Shown one piece after another: positions 51,832 to 61,195 of a stretch of 64,000 bases of DNA. Source of the DNA: Terriglobia bacterium. Its GTDB lineage: Bacteria > Acidobacteriota > Terriglobia > Acidiferrales > UBA7541. How positions within the stretch are numbered: the stretch's first letter is position 1; each line of letters starts with the position of its first letter. The notes beneath the pieces are model-generated. The model was not told the DNA's origin, did no database searches, and was given only the letters and a program-made list of their open reading frames with translations. Position numbers and translations under genes: made by a program. Location of the stretch: assembly GCA_963695545.1 (NCBI GenBank), contig OY968796.1:1472001-1536000 (forward strand). Direction: 5' to 3'.

Positions 51832-52110
51832 ATGTTGATCGCGTGCGTCATTGGCGACGTCGTTGCCTCGCAGAAAGTTCCTTCGCACGAGGGCCGAAAA
51901 ATACTCGTCGTCCAGCCGCTCAATCTCGATGGCAGCGATCGTGGCGAGCCCGTGTTGGCGCTCGACGCCGTCGGCGCCGGAGTAGGCGAGCGCGTCCTGC
52001 TTTCGACCGAAGGTTTCTCCGCGATGACGGCCGTGGGCCGCCCGAATTCCCCGATCGATGCCGCCGTCATCGGCGTGATCGACGCCGTAGATCTCATTTC
52101 GGGCGTCTGA
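51832..52110 (+). CDS. BMC pentamer (EutN/CcmL)
   Basis: VIGDVVASQK..ALDAVGAGVGE..DAAVIGVID. Confidence 0.93.
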   Translation: MLIACVIGDVVASQKVPSHEGRKILVVQPLNLDGSDRGEPVLALDAVGAGVGERVLLSTEGFSAMTAVGRPNSPIDAAVIGVIDAVDLISGV

Positions 52111-52432
52111 CGAATCCAGTTGAGACGCGGAACGTTCTGGGAAAATTCGCGCCTAGCCACTTCATGGCAAGGTTTTTCCCTCCGCTCGAGTGAAAGCTTT
52201 TTCTTCTTTTCTGCCCGCGCACAGGACCACTAGTACGCCTCCGAGGGCGTCGCCTCCGTTTCTTAAGTTGTTGTTAAAAAAGAACATAATTAAATCAACC
52301 ACGCAAGCAGCATAGCCCGTCTCGGAGGTCTCAAAATTGCTCTCTACCCATAGGGATGGCATGCACGATTCCTGGCCTAATGGCGCTGTTTCCAGTCCCA
52401 ACACTGAGGGGACCAAAAACCGGAGATCTGAA

Positions 52433-52730
52433 ATGAATCGAACAGCTAATACATTTCGCGCTGCGGCCCTCGCGCTAAAGTCGCTTCTCGGCAAGTTTGC
52501 GATTCCGACGCTTATCCTGGGCGCCAGCTTGTTGTTTTCAAGCCCACTGGTGCGGGCGCAGTCTTGCGGCTATAAGACCGACCACAGCTGCAGCGACAGC
52601 GGCAGATATAAGGACGGGTCGAACGACCCCCGCCCCAGTTCCCGAGCCAAGCAGCTTGCTCCAGCTCGGCGCAGGCATGTCGGCGCTCGTGATTGTGGGC
52701 CGCAAGCGTCTTCTTGCCAGGAAGGCATAA
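52433..52730 (+). pseudogene. Tiny PEP-CTERM protein split by a +1 frameshift in a C5 run
   Basis: Signal peptide in one frame, VPEPSSLLQLGAG..RKR in another; joined if C5 at 52627-52631 were C4. Confidence 0.75.
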
Positions 52731-52843
52731 GGCGCAGACCGCACCCGGGGCGGGCGGACTCTTCGCTCGTTTGGTAGAAACAAGGAAGGCCGAACCGCAG
52801 CAGGGCTTTCTTGTTCCGTGGTACATTCGCTTGAAAGCTCTCC

Positions 52844-53776
52844 ATGGGTGTCTCGAATCAACGTATCGAGATCTCGGCAGCCCCCGCCTCGAGCGCGAAG
52901 GTGTCGAGTTTCGTCGTGCTCGGTTTCCTGTTGGTGTGCGCCCTGCCGTTTGCGCTCGCGTGGAGTGCGCTCGGTCCGCTGTTTCACCTGGTGCTCGACA
53001 ACGACACGTTTTCACAAATCCCGCTGATTCCGCTGGTAACCGTGTATTTAATTTTCGAGCAGCGAAAAGCGATTTTTGCGGAAGTTTCCTTCGATTGGAT
53101 TTTGGGCGCTGCTTTCCTCGTTCCAGGTATTCTCCTGGTCGGAGCGGCGCGTCTCGATGTGTGGCATCTCAGTTCGACGAATCCGCTCTCGCTTCTGGTC
53201 TTCGCAATCGTGCTCGTTTGGATCGGGGCCTTCGCGCTATTCTTCGGCTCGCGCGCATTTTTGACCGCGTCGTTCTCGCTTTTCTTTCTTCTCTTCATGG
53301 TTCCGATTCCCGAACCGCTTCTCTCGAAAATAATCTACCTCCTCCAGGTCGGCAGCTCGGACATGGCGGCGATGTTTTTCACGATCGCGGGCGTTCCCTA
53401 TCATCGCCTCCCGGGATTTATTTTCGAGCTGCCCGGAATCGCGATCCGCGTGGCCGAGGAGTGCAGCGGCATACGCTCCACGCTCGCGCTTATGATTACC
53501 ACCGTGGTCGCGAGTTATCTGTTCCTGAAGAGTTCCTGGCGGCGAGTGATCCTGTGCCTCGCCGTAATCCCGCTTGCGGTATTCAAGAACGGCTTGCGCA
53601 TTGCGACGCTCTCGGTGCTCGCGATTTATGTAAATCCCGGTTTCCTCACCGGAAATCTTCACCACCGTGGCGGATTCGTGTTCTTCCTGATTGCGCTTGT
53701 TCCCATCGCGCTGCTTCTTTTCTGGTTCCAGAGACGCGAGAACCGCAGCGCTCGCGCCGCCGCTCGTTCTTTGTAA
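52844..53776 (+). CDS. Exosortase
   Basis: LFMVPIP, VAEECSGIRS, NGLRI, LHH; multi-TM; next to PEP-CTERM gene. Confidence 0.92.
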   Translation: MGVSNQRIEISAAPASSAKVSSFVVLGFLLVCALPFALAWSALGPLFHLVLDNDTFSQIPLIPLVTVYLIFEQRKAIFAEVSFDWILGAAFLVPGILLVGAARLDVWHLSSTNPLSLLVFAIVLVWIGAFALFFGSRAFLTASFSLFFLLFMVPIPEPLLSKIIYLLQVGSSDMAAMFFTIAGVPYHRLPGFIFELPGIAIRVAEECSGIRSTLALMITTVVASYLFLKSSWRRVILCLAVIPLAVFKNGLRIATLSVLAIYVNPGFLTGNLHHRGGFVFFLIALVPIALLLFWFQRRENRSARAAARSL

Positions 53777-53801
53777 ACTCGCTTGCTAAACTTGTGGCAC
53801 G

Positions 53802-54674
53802 ATGAGTTCCGGCGTCCCGCGTCTCGCGCGCATCGATCTTCACCCCATCAAATCGCTCGACCCTGTCTCGGTTTCCGAAGCGCGCATCGGCCCGTCCGGC
53901 GGCCTTGAGCACGACCGCGCTTGGGCGCTCTATTCCGCCGAGGGCCGCTGGGTGAACGGCAAGCGCACGGCTGCGATCCATCTGATCCGCGCATCGTACG
54001 CGCCGGACCTTAGCAGCGTTACGCTCAATGTGCCGGCGCAGCGCGGAGCAGTTCCCGCCGCGAGTTCGAGCGCGAGTTCCGTCGCAAATCCGGGAGTGGG
54101 TTTCGACGCGCCGCGTATCGCGATGCCCAGCGCGACGTTTCCCTTTCCTGACGGCCACGATGCGGCGGCCGAGTGGTTTAGCGAATATTTCCAGCAGCGA
54201 ATTCTGGTTCGTTATTCGCTGGGCGGCTACCCGGACGATACCGAAGCCAACGGTCCTACGATCGTCTCCACCGCATCTCTCGCCGCGGTATGCGAATGGT
54301 TTCCTGGGATCGCGCTGGCGGAAGCGCGCCGGCGTTTTCGCACCACGCTTGAACTCGATGGCGTTCCCGCATTCTGGGAAGACCAACTCTTCGGCCCGGA
54401 AAAAACCAGCATCGTGCGATTCCGCATCGGCGAAGTCGAATTCGAGGGCAGCAATCCGTGCGCCCGCTGCCCCGTTCCGCCGCGCAATCCGCTCACGGGC
54501 GAGGATCTCGTCGGCTTTCAGCAGCGTTTCGTTGCGCAGCGCCGCGCAAATCTGCCGGCGTGGTCGCACGCCGGGCGCTTCGACCACTTTTATCGCTTCA
54601 CGACGAACACGCGCGTCGCCGTAGCGGAGTGCGGCAAGACGCTGCGCGTCGGCGACGCGCTGGAATTCTTCTAA
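53802..54674 (+). CDS. MOSC domain protein
   Basis: HPIKSL, DRAWAL, RRFR, FWED, PCARC, LRVGD. Confidence 0.88.
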   Translation: MSSGVPRLARIDLHPIKSLDPVSVSEARIGPSGGLEHDRAWALYSAEGRWVNGKRTAAIHLIRASYAPDLSSVTLNVPAQRGAVPAASSSASSVANPGVGFDAPRIAMPSATFPFPDGHDAAAEWFSEYFQQRILVRYSLGGYPDDTEANGPTIVSTASLAAVCEWFPGIALAEARRRFRTTLELDGVPAFWEDQLFGPEKTSIVRFRIGEVEFEGSNPCARCPVPPRNPLTGEDLVGFQQRFVAQRRANLPAWSHAGRFDHFYRFTTNTRVAVAECGKTLRVGDALEFF

Positions 54675-54695
54675 CTTCAACGGCGCCGCAGCGCG

Positions 54696-55520
54696 TCAAT
54701 TTTTCAGCGGAGCAGCGGGCGCGTCGGCAGCGATGCGGCAGGCATGATCCAAAAGTTCCTCGCCGTTCGCGATGTCGTGACCTGCGCGATCCACTTGATC
54801 TTCGAGAATCACGAATCCCGCGGCTCCATTGGCGCGCGACGATCCGATCACAACCAGCGTACGATCGCCCATGTCGGCTGCGGCGCCGGGCACTCCCTGA
54901 GCCAGCAAGCGAAACGGATTGTTCGCGCCGAGTTCGTCCCCGGGCAGCCACATGGCCCAATAGTGATGTCCATAGGGCCCGACAACGAGCGGCGCCCAAG
55001 TGTTGCCAATTGCGGCGGCATCGTTCCGCAGAGTCTGCTGCACATCGGGGCGGACGCAATCGACGTGGATGTGCAGTTGGTCCTGCGAGCGGCCGGCGAC
55101 GGAATTAATCGCGAGAGCGATGTCGTCGCGCGGCACGGTGCGGCCCAGCGCCTGGTAGAGATAGGGGCGCGCATCCCAAGCGTCGGCAAAATAATTCGGC
55201 GCATCGGGCGCGAGAATTTCGGGGCTTTCGATTCCGGCGATGCGCGCGGTGGGAATCAGGAGAAATTGTTCGCCGCCGCGAATGTCTTTCAAGATCGCGA
55301 ATCCTTTTTCGACTCCGCTATCGAGATCGACGCGCGCGCACGGTGTGGGATCGTGCCGCTGCAACTGGCCGGGAACGCAGTCATCATGCACGACGATCCA
55401 AAGCGCGTCTCGCGAGGCGAATTCTTGCGGCGCTGCTGCGGCCAGGCATACGAGAAGCGCGCAAGACGCAATGACGCCCGCGAGAACTCGAGACGATGTG
55501 TGCGTGAACACGCTTGCCAT
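54696..55520 (-). CDS. cdh: CDP-diacylglycerol diphosphatase
   Basis: ALWIVVH..C, LLIPT.RI.GIESP, NS..GRSQDQLHIHVDC. Confidence 0.9.
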   Translation of the reverse strand: MASVFTHTSSRVLAGVIASCALLVCLAAAAPQEFASRDALWIVVHDDCVPGQLQRHDPTPCARVDLDSGVEKGFAILKDIRGGEQFLLIPTARIAGIESPEILAPDAPNYFADAWDARPYLYQALGRTVPRDDIALAINSVAGRSQDQLHIHVDCVRPDVQQTLRNDAAAIGNTWAPLVVGPYGHHYWAMWLPGDELGANNPFRLLAQGVPGAAADMGDRTLVVIGSSRANGAAGFVILEDQVDRAGHDIANGEELLDHACRIAADAPAAPLKN

Positions 55521-55591
55521 ATTGAAATCGTACCCTGTGCGGTGTGCTTATGTATAATCGCGGTGTCGAATCGCATTCCGTCAAGCTCGCC

Positions 55592-56482
55592 ATGAATCCT
55601 AAGGTTGCGAAATTCACTGTTGCTCCCGGCATTCTCGCGCTTTCTCTGCTGATCGCGATTCCACTGCGCGCGCAGGACGCGGCGCCGCCCGCTGCAGCCG
55701 ATACGCCATCGACGAACGGCGCTGCAGCGTCGCAAACCGGGCAAACCGAAGCGCCGACGGTTGAAGCAACGCCCTCCGGGCGGACCGGCGCGCCGGCTGA
55801 CGCCGCATCGCCAGATCGGCCGGTTTCCTGGCTCAAACTCACGCCGAATTTCCTGCACGACCAGAAGGACATTTGGACGTTCCCAGTGTCCGTGGCGCAC
55901 GGGCACCACCTGGTGCCGCTGCTGATCTTTACCGGGATCACGGCGGGGCTGGTGGCGGGAGCGGACAATCCGAGCGGGCGATATTTCCAGCGCACGCAAT
56001 CTTTCGGCGAATTCGATTCGATCTTCAGGGATTCGCACACGGCCTCGGCCATGTTCGCTTTTCCCGTGGCGTTTTACGGCATCGGCCTTTTGCGGCGCGA
56101 TTCGTACGCCCAGCATACGGTGCTGCTGGCGGGCGAAGCGGCGCTCGATTCCACGATTCTGACGGTGGTGATGAAAGACATCACGCGGCGCGTGCAACCC
56201 GATCAGGTGGCCATGGGCGGAAATTTCGCGGATACCTGGTTTCAAGAACACGGGCATCCCTTCGGGGGCATCGGCAGCTTTCCGTGCGGGCATTGCATTG
56301 ACGCTTTCTCGATCGCCACGGTTTTCGCCAACCGCTACCCGAAATATAAGTGGGTGGCGTACGGCTTGGCGGGGTTGGTGAGTTTCACGCGGTTGCCGAT
56401 TCAGGCCCACAATCCCTCCGACGTTTTTGCCGGCGCGTTTCTCGGTTTCGATATCGCTCACTTCACAGTCCAACAATATTAG
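55592..56482 (+). CDS. PAP2 superfamily membrane protein
   Basis: SFPCGH, TR.....H.PSDV..G; signal peptide. Confidence 0.82.
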   Translation: MNPKVAKFTVAPGILALSLLIAIPLRAQDAAPPAAADTPSTNGAAASQTGQTEAPTVEATPSGRTGAPADAASPDRPVSWLKLTPNFLHDQKDIWTFPVSVAHGHHLVPLLIFTGITAGLVAGADNPSGRYFQRTQSFGEFDSIFRDSHTASAMFAFPVAFYGIGLLRRDSYAQHTVLLAGEAALDSTILTVVMKDITRRVQPDQVAMGGNFADTWFQEHGHPFGGIGSFPCGHCIDAFSIATVFANRYPKYKWVAYGLAGLVSFTRLPIQAHNPSDVFAGAFLGFDIAHFTVQQY

Positions 56483-57152
56483 CCGCGCCGCCTTCCGCCG
56501 CGGGAACCGGCACAGCCGCCGAAATGCGCCTGGGCATAAGATTCACTCGGAAATCGGAAAAATCCTCGTCGAGGATGTTGGAATAAATCACGAAGAGGCC
56601 GACCGCGCCTTCGATGATGCTCCCTGCCAAGAAGCTGAAGGTCGGCGCGAGCCGCGGAAAAATGCCGGCGAGCGTGCCGATGAGCAATCCCAGCGGAAGG
56701 CTGGCGACGAATCCGAGAATCAGGCGATAGATAACCGTGCGCCAACTGTAGGTCCACCAGATGCGCAGCGTGCGGGGGAGCGTTGGCGCGAGCACTTGTG
56801 CGGAAGGGGCGCCGCCGGGAACCACCAATGCGATGCGGAAATCCCGAAATCTTTTTCTGAGAATGAAATGAAAAACCGGAATGGCCACGGCGTAGGTGAT
56901 GATCCACTGACCGAATAGGATCAGAGAATTGAACCCGGCCCGAGTGATCGCGCCGCTTGCGAGGAGCGGTTTTGCCGCCAAGATGAGCGCGGCAACCAAA
57001 ATCGCGGAGATAACGGTGTTGCGCCAATAGAAGGCCCACCAAATACGCAGACCGTGTCCCAAGGTCGGCTGAATGTAATCGCTCACAGTCGTCGCGGTCT
57101 CGGCCGAATGGCTATCACCAAACATGGAGGGTGCGGCGCTCATATCAATCAC
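56463..57152 (-). CDS. Membrane protein with internal duplication
   Basis: PTL...LRIWW...WR..F.DFR repeated twice. Confidence 0.7.
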   Translation of the reverse strand: MIDMSAAPSMFGDSHSAETATTVSDYIQPTLGHGLRIWWAFYWRNTVISAILVAALILAAKPLLASGAITRAGFNSLILFGQWIITYAVAIPVFHFILRKRFRDFRIALVVPGGAPSAQVLAPTLPRTLRIWWTYSWRTVIYRLILGFVASLPLGLLIGTLAGIFPRLAPTFSFLAGSIIEGAVGLFVIYSNILDEDFSDFRVNLMPRRISAAVPVPAAEGGAANIVGL

Positions 57153-57239
57153 CTCGTCGCGAAAGTTGGGATTTCCGAGGGGATGTCGGAAGCGCGCATG
57201 CTACGCCCGTCCCTGGCTCGGACGCAACGAATTTGGCGG

Positions 57240-57435
57240 GAGGGGCACCCCTCCATCCACACCCGGCACCAAAAGTGTAAAATGATGTAACCAAAGGGTT
57301 TGCAGGGAAAGAGTGCGGATGAGTGTGAAAACAGGCATTTTGATATAACGTATTTTCAACGAGATGCGCACTCATTTGCAATCGATTGAAAATGAATGGG
57401 TTGGAGGGGCACTTTTGTGCTGAAGAGTGTGATTT
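57240..57435 (-). repeat. Dispersed AT-rich element, copy 3 core
   Basis: GGGTTTGCAGGGAAAGAGTG and a 27/30 block shared with copy 1. Confidence 0.8.
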
Positions 57436-57465
57436 GTGGGGAGGGGAAAGGCGGGCGGAGGCAAG

Positions 57466-57485
57466 CCTGCCTGTCGGCAGACAGG
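57466..57485. repeat. Short REP-like palindrome
   Basis: CCTGCCTGTCGGCAGACAGG. Confidence 0.55.
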
Positions 57486-57569
57486 CTCCGCTCCCTGCTG
57501 GGCGGTGCGGGCTGCGGAGGCGAGGCTTTGCGCTCGACGGCGAGGGTGTGCGTTTGCAATTCACGCCCT

Positions 57570-57614
57570 ACGATAGCACGTACAATACTACTGCGTCAAC
57601 ATATATCTGTTGAC
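57570..57614 (-). promoter_or_regulatory. Promoter of element copy 3 with dyad over the -35
   Basis: TTGACG-N18-TATCGT, extended -10 TG, GTG 5 nt later (57564); GTCAACA-N6-TGTTGAC at 57595-57614. Confidence 0.6.
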
Positions 57615-57728
57615 CATTCGAATAGAATGGGTAGAAAATACCCATGCCTTTCCGGCGGCGGTAAAAGAATGGCGGACCGATAGTTTGAGGGCGCGGTCGA
57701 CCGCCGAACGAAATCCTTCAGCGAGAGG

Positions 57729-58590
57729 TTATTGCGGAGCCACTACCCGCGCGGCCCACGTCGCGATTGCGGTAGCGTTGCCGGCCGCGATCGAGGCCGC
57801 CACTCCGTTCTTCACGATCACGCTCATTATCGACGCGGGTGCGCCGTCCTTTACACCCTGATTATAGGCTCGGTCCAGAAGTGGGAGAGCGTCCGCGGGG
57901 CGCTGCTCGCGAAAATACACGACGGCCAACAGATTCAGAGCCTGGTCCTCTGACATGCGAAGGTGGTTGGCCTGCATTGTGCGCATGAAATCGGACTCGG
58001 AATGAAGCGCGCTGTCGATCTGCTGGTCGAAAATCGCAACGGCCTTCTCCAAAGATTCCGCGGCACCGCTCCAATTCTGTTGGCCCATCCGTGCCTCGCC
58101 GATGGACACAAAGTCGATGGGATAATCGGAATCATCGGTGCCGGGCCATACGGGTATGTACGCCAATATCTTTTGAAATTTCTCTTCGGCTTCTGCAAAG
58201 CGGCCTGCGGTTAAGTCACAGTCCCCAATTCCTCTGTATGAGAGATAGAGAAACTTATTTCGCGGAACGTCAAACTTGGCCTGCTCCGCCAGCAGGATCA
58301 TAGACTGATACTTGTCGATGGCCGCGGTGCAGTCGTGCTGTTCTTCCATTGCGTATATAGGTTGATACGCATCGTTAAGCTTCCCTTCCTCCGACTCCTC
58401 TGGAGTCTCCTTCACAGATACAACGACCGATTGATCGGTGTGCGGGCGACTCTGGGGATTTGCTTGGGGCGATTGCGAAGGCGAGCTCGAGGTGCCGGGC
58501 GCGGGACTCTGCCCGAAGGCCTGCGCGCCCGCCAGAAGCGATAAGGCGAGCAGTGCTCCGGAAATCTTCTTGCCGCTATCCAAGGTATTT
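57729..58590 (-). CDS. Secreted TPR protein (start uncertain)
   Basis: Signal peptide LLALSLLAGAQAFG, TPR helices. Confidence 0.7.
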
Positions 58591-58890
58591 GTACTCAGTG
58601 AGCCTTTTCGTGCAGGTGGCCAGCTCTTCTGGCGTAAACAAGGGATGCCACCTTGGGTTGTCATGTATGACCGCTTCTACGGTCAAGTCTAACCGGTGGC
58701 GTTGCCACAGGGCGGTGTAACCCTCTGACACGTACGGCGAATGTAGCAATATTCTTGCCGTTTCCAACCCGCGATGCTCAGTCAGCATCTGCAAAAAACG
58801 ATTTGCCTTGTAGTTCGCCTCCGAGAGCGCCCTTTGATAGATGCGCAGCATCTCCTCATCGAATTCGCTTGTGAGCGAGGTGTCGGTCAT
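58576..58890 (-). CDS. Small all-helical hypothetical protein
   Basis: GGAGG RBS; FLQML.EH.G..TAR.LL..S.GYTALW..RLDLTVEA..LFT.EEL. Confidence 0.75.
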   Translation of the reverse strand: MTDTSLTSEFDEEMLRIYQRALSEANYKANRFLQMLTEHRGLETARILLHSPYVSEGYTALWQRHRLDLTVEAVIHDNPRWHPLFTPEELATCTKRLTEYKYLG

Positions 58891-59058
58891 AGGGCCTCCT
58901 GCGATGATCGGGCTCGTTCGGCCGCCAAACACGAATACAAAAACCTAACAGGCAAAACCGGGCGGAGCAAGCGAAACGCGGTCGTCCCGTCGTTGACTCG
59001 CACCCACTGGCGTTCAATAATCGCTCGCGTTGATTGTCTCGCGCTCGCAAACACAAAT

Positions 59059-59661
59059 ATGATCGCGCAACTACGCGGAATGCTGGTGGACAAGAGGCCT
59101 AACCAACTGATCGTGGAGGTTGGGGGCGTGGGATATCTTGTGAACATTCCGTTATCGACGTTTTACGCGGTGGGCGGGTTGAGGGAAGAAATTGTGCTGC
59201 TGGTGCACACGCATGTGCGGGAGGACTCGCTGGCGCTGTATGGATTTCTGACGGCGCGGGAGAAGCATTTGTTCGAGATGCTGCTTTCGGCGTCGGGAGT
59301 GGGGCCGACGCTGGCGTTGAAAATTCTTTCGGGGATGAGCGCGGACGAATTGGGGCCGGCGATTCGCGAGGGGGACATTGCGCGGTTGACGCGGATTCCG
59401 GGCGTGGGGAAAAAGACGGCGGAGCGCATGGTGGTCGAGCTGAGGGATAAGCTGGGGTCGGCGGAGAAGGATGCGCAGCCGGCGGCGGGGCGCGGCGGGA
59501 TTTCGGGCGACGTGGTTTCGGCGCTGCTGAACCTCGGATATGATTCTCGCGCGGCCGAGGCGGCGGTGGAACGCGCGGGTCGTGATGGAGGCGCGGGGAA
59601 TTTTGAGGCGTTGCTGAGGGGGGCGTTGCAGGTGTTGAGCGCGCCGGGGAGGAAGGGATAG
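59059..59661 (+). CDS. ruvA: Holliday junction helicase subunit RuvA
   Basis: MIAQLRG, GGVGY, HVRED..LYGF, SGVGP, PGVGKKTAERM. Confidence 0.96.
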   Translation: MIAQLRGMLVDKRPNQLIVEVGGVGYLVNIPLSTFYAVGGLREEIVLLVHTHVREDSLALYGFLTAREKHLFEMLLSASGVGPTLALKILSGMSADELGPAIREGDIARLTRIPGVGKKTAERMVVELRDKLGSAEKDAQPAAGRGGISGDVVSALLNLGYDSRAAEAAVERAGRDGGAGNFEALLRGALQVLSAPGRKG

Positions 59662-59679
59662 GGGCGCGACGGAGCGGGA

Positions 59680-60019
59680 GGATAACGCAGAGGCGCAGAG
59701 AACGCGGAGGGTCGCAGAGGAGATAGTGGCGAGTGGCGAGTGGGGAAAAGCAAAGGCGACGGAGAGGTCCCTCGGCTGCGCTCGGGATGACCGCGAAAGG
59801 CTGCGGTCAGCGACGGCGCGGGGGGGCGGGATGACAACATTAAAGGCAAAGGCGACGGAGAAAGACAAAAGCGACGGAGAGGTCCCTCGTCGCTGCGCTC
59901 GCTCGGGATGACCAACAGGTAGTGGCGAGTTGCGAGTGGCGAGGAAAGGCACACAGCCAGGAGTGGCTGTGCTACTTAGAAGGCGCCGGAGAAGATGGAG
60001 ACCTAAAGGTCTCCGCTAC
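59680..60019. repeat. Mosaic cluster of REP-like repeats between ruvA and ruvB
   Basis: Two GACGGAGAGGTCCCTCG..CTCGGGATGAC units, two GTAG-tagged hairpins (59949-59975, 59997-60019), AGTGGCG repeats. Confidence 0.75.
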
Positions 60020-60045
60020 ATGAGGAACGGATCGTAGAAGAGAAA

Positions 60046-61071
60046 ATGGAAAAGCCGGGACAGAGGATTCTTTCGGGGCAGGCGTTTGACGAGGACGCGC
60101 GGGTTGAGGCGAGCGTGCGGCCGCAGAAGTTTGCGGATTTCATCGGGCAGACGCGGCTGAAGGAAAATCTGGCGATTGCGGTGGAGGCGGCGAGGTCGCG
60201 GAACGAGGCGCTGGATCACGTGCTGCTGTTCGGGCCGCCGGGACTGGGCAAAACCACGCTGGCGCAAATTCTGGCGAATGAATTGGGCGTGGGGATGCAG
60301 ACGAGCTCGGGTCCGATGCTCGAGCGCAAGGGCGATTTGACGGCGATACTGACGTCGCTCGATCAGCGCGAGGTTTTCTTTCTGGACGAAATTCACCGGC
60401 TGATGCCCGCGGTGGAAGAAATTCTGTATCCCGCGATGGAGGATTACCGGATCGATTTGATTATCGGCGCGGGCGCGGGGGCGCGGATTCATCCGTTTCA
60501 ATTGAACCGCTTCACGCTGATCGGAGCGACGACGCGCGCGGGGCTGGTGACGGCGCCGCTGCGCTCGCGATTCGGGATCGTGCATCGCCTGGATTTTTAC
60601 ACGCCGGCGGATTTGCTGGAGATCGTGCGGCGCTCGGCGAAGATTTTGAATATCGCGGTGGACGACGACGGCGCGGAGGAGATCGCGCGGCGCAGCCGCG
60701 GCACGCCGCGCGTGGCGAATCGGTTGCTGCGGCGGGCGCGCGATTTTGCGCAAGTGCGCGCGGGGGGTCGCGTGACGGGCGACGCGGCGCGCGAGGCGCT
60801 GCATATGCTGGGCGTGGACGAGCATGGTCTCGATGAAACGGATCGCAATCTGATGCTTACGATCATTCAGAAATATGCGGGGGGGCCGGTGGGGTTGAAC
60901 ACGATCGCGGCTTCGCTGAGCGAAGAAGAAGATGCGATCGAGGAAATTTACGAGCCGTATCTGATGCAGCTTGGGCTGCTCGATCGGACGCAGCGCGGGC
61001 GCGTGGCTACGGCGCTGGCGTATAAGCATTTTGGATTGCCTGCGCCGCGCGATCAGCAGCATTTGTTCTGA
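60046..61071 (+). CDS. ruvB: Holliday junction helicase subunit RuvB
   Basis: GPPGLGKTTLA, DEIHRL, FTLIGATTRAG, SRGTPRVANRLL. Confidence 0.97.
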   Translation: MEKPGQRILSGQAFDEDARVEASVRPQKFADFIGQTRLKENLAIAVEAARSRNEALDHVLLFGPPGLGKTTLAQILANELGVGMQTSSGPMLERKGDLTAILTSLDQREVFFLDEIHRLMPAVEEILYPAMEDYRIDLIIGAGAGARIHPFQLNRFTLIGATTRAGLVTAPLRSRFGIVHRLDFYTPADLLEIVRRSAKILNIAVDDDGAEEIARRSRGTPRVANRLLRRARDFAQVRAGGRVTGDAAREALHMLGVDEHGLDETDRNLMLTIIQKYAGGPVGLNTIAASLSEEEDAIEEIYEPYLMQLGLLDRTQRGRVATALAYKHFGLPAPRDQQHLF

Positions 61072-61078
61072 TTTTGAT

Positions 61079-61173
61079 GGGCACGAAACCCGCACCCTTA
61101 GAAGCGAAGGGTGCGGCACCCGAATCAACGGAAACAGAGAGATTCCTCGGCACGAGGCGTGCCTCGGAATGAC
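61079..61173. repeat. Two REP-like hairpins
   Basis: CCGCACCCTT-N6-AAGGGTGCGG-CACCC and ATTCC..CGAGGCGTGCCTCG-GAATGAC. Confidence 0.65.
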
Positions 61174-61195
61174 CAGGTCAGGTAACTTTCCGGAA

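Noticed and set aside
52357..52373. Sigma54 promoter for the PEP-CTERM gene
   Set aside because: TGGCATG is present but the -12 reads ATTC instead of TTGC.
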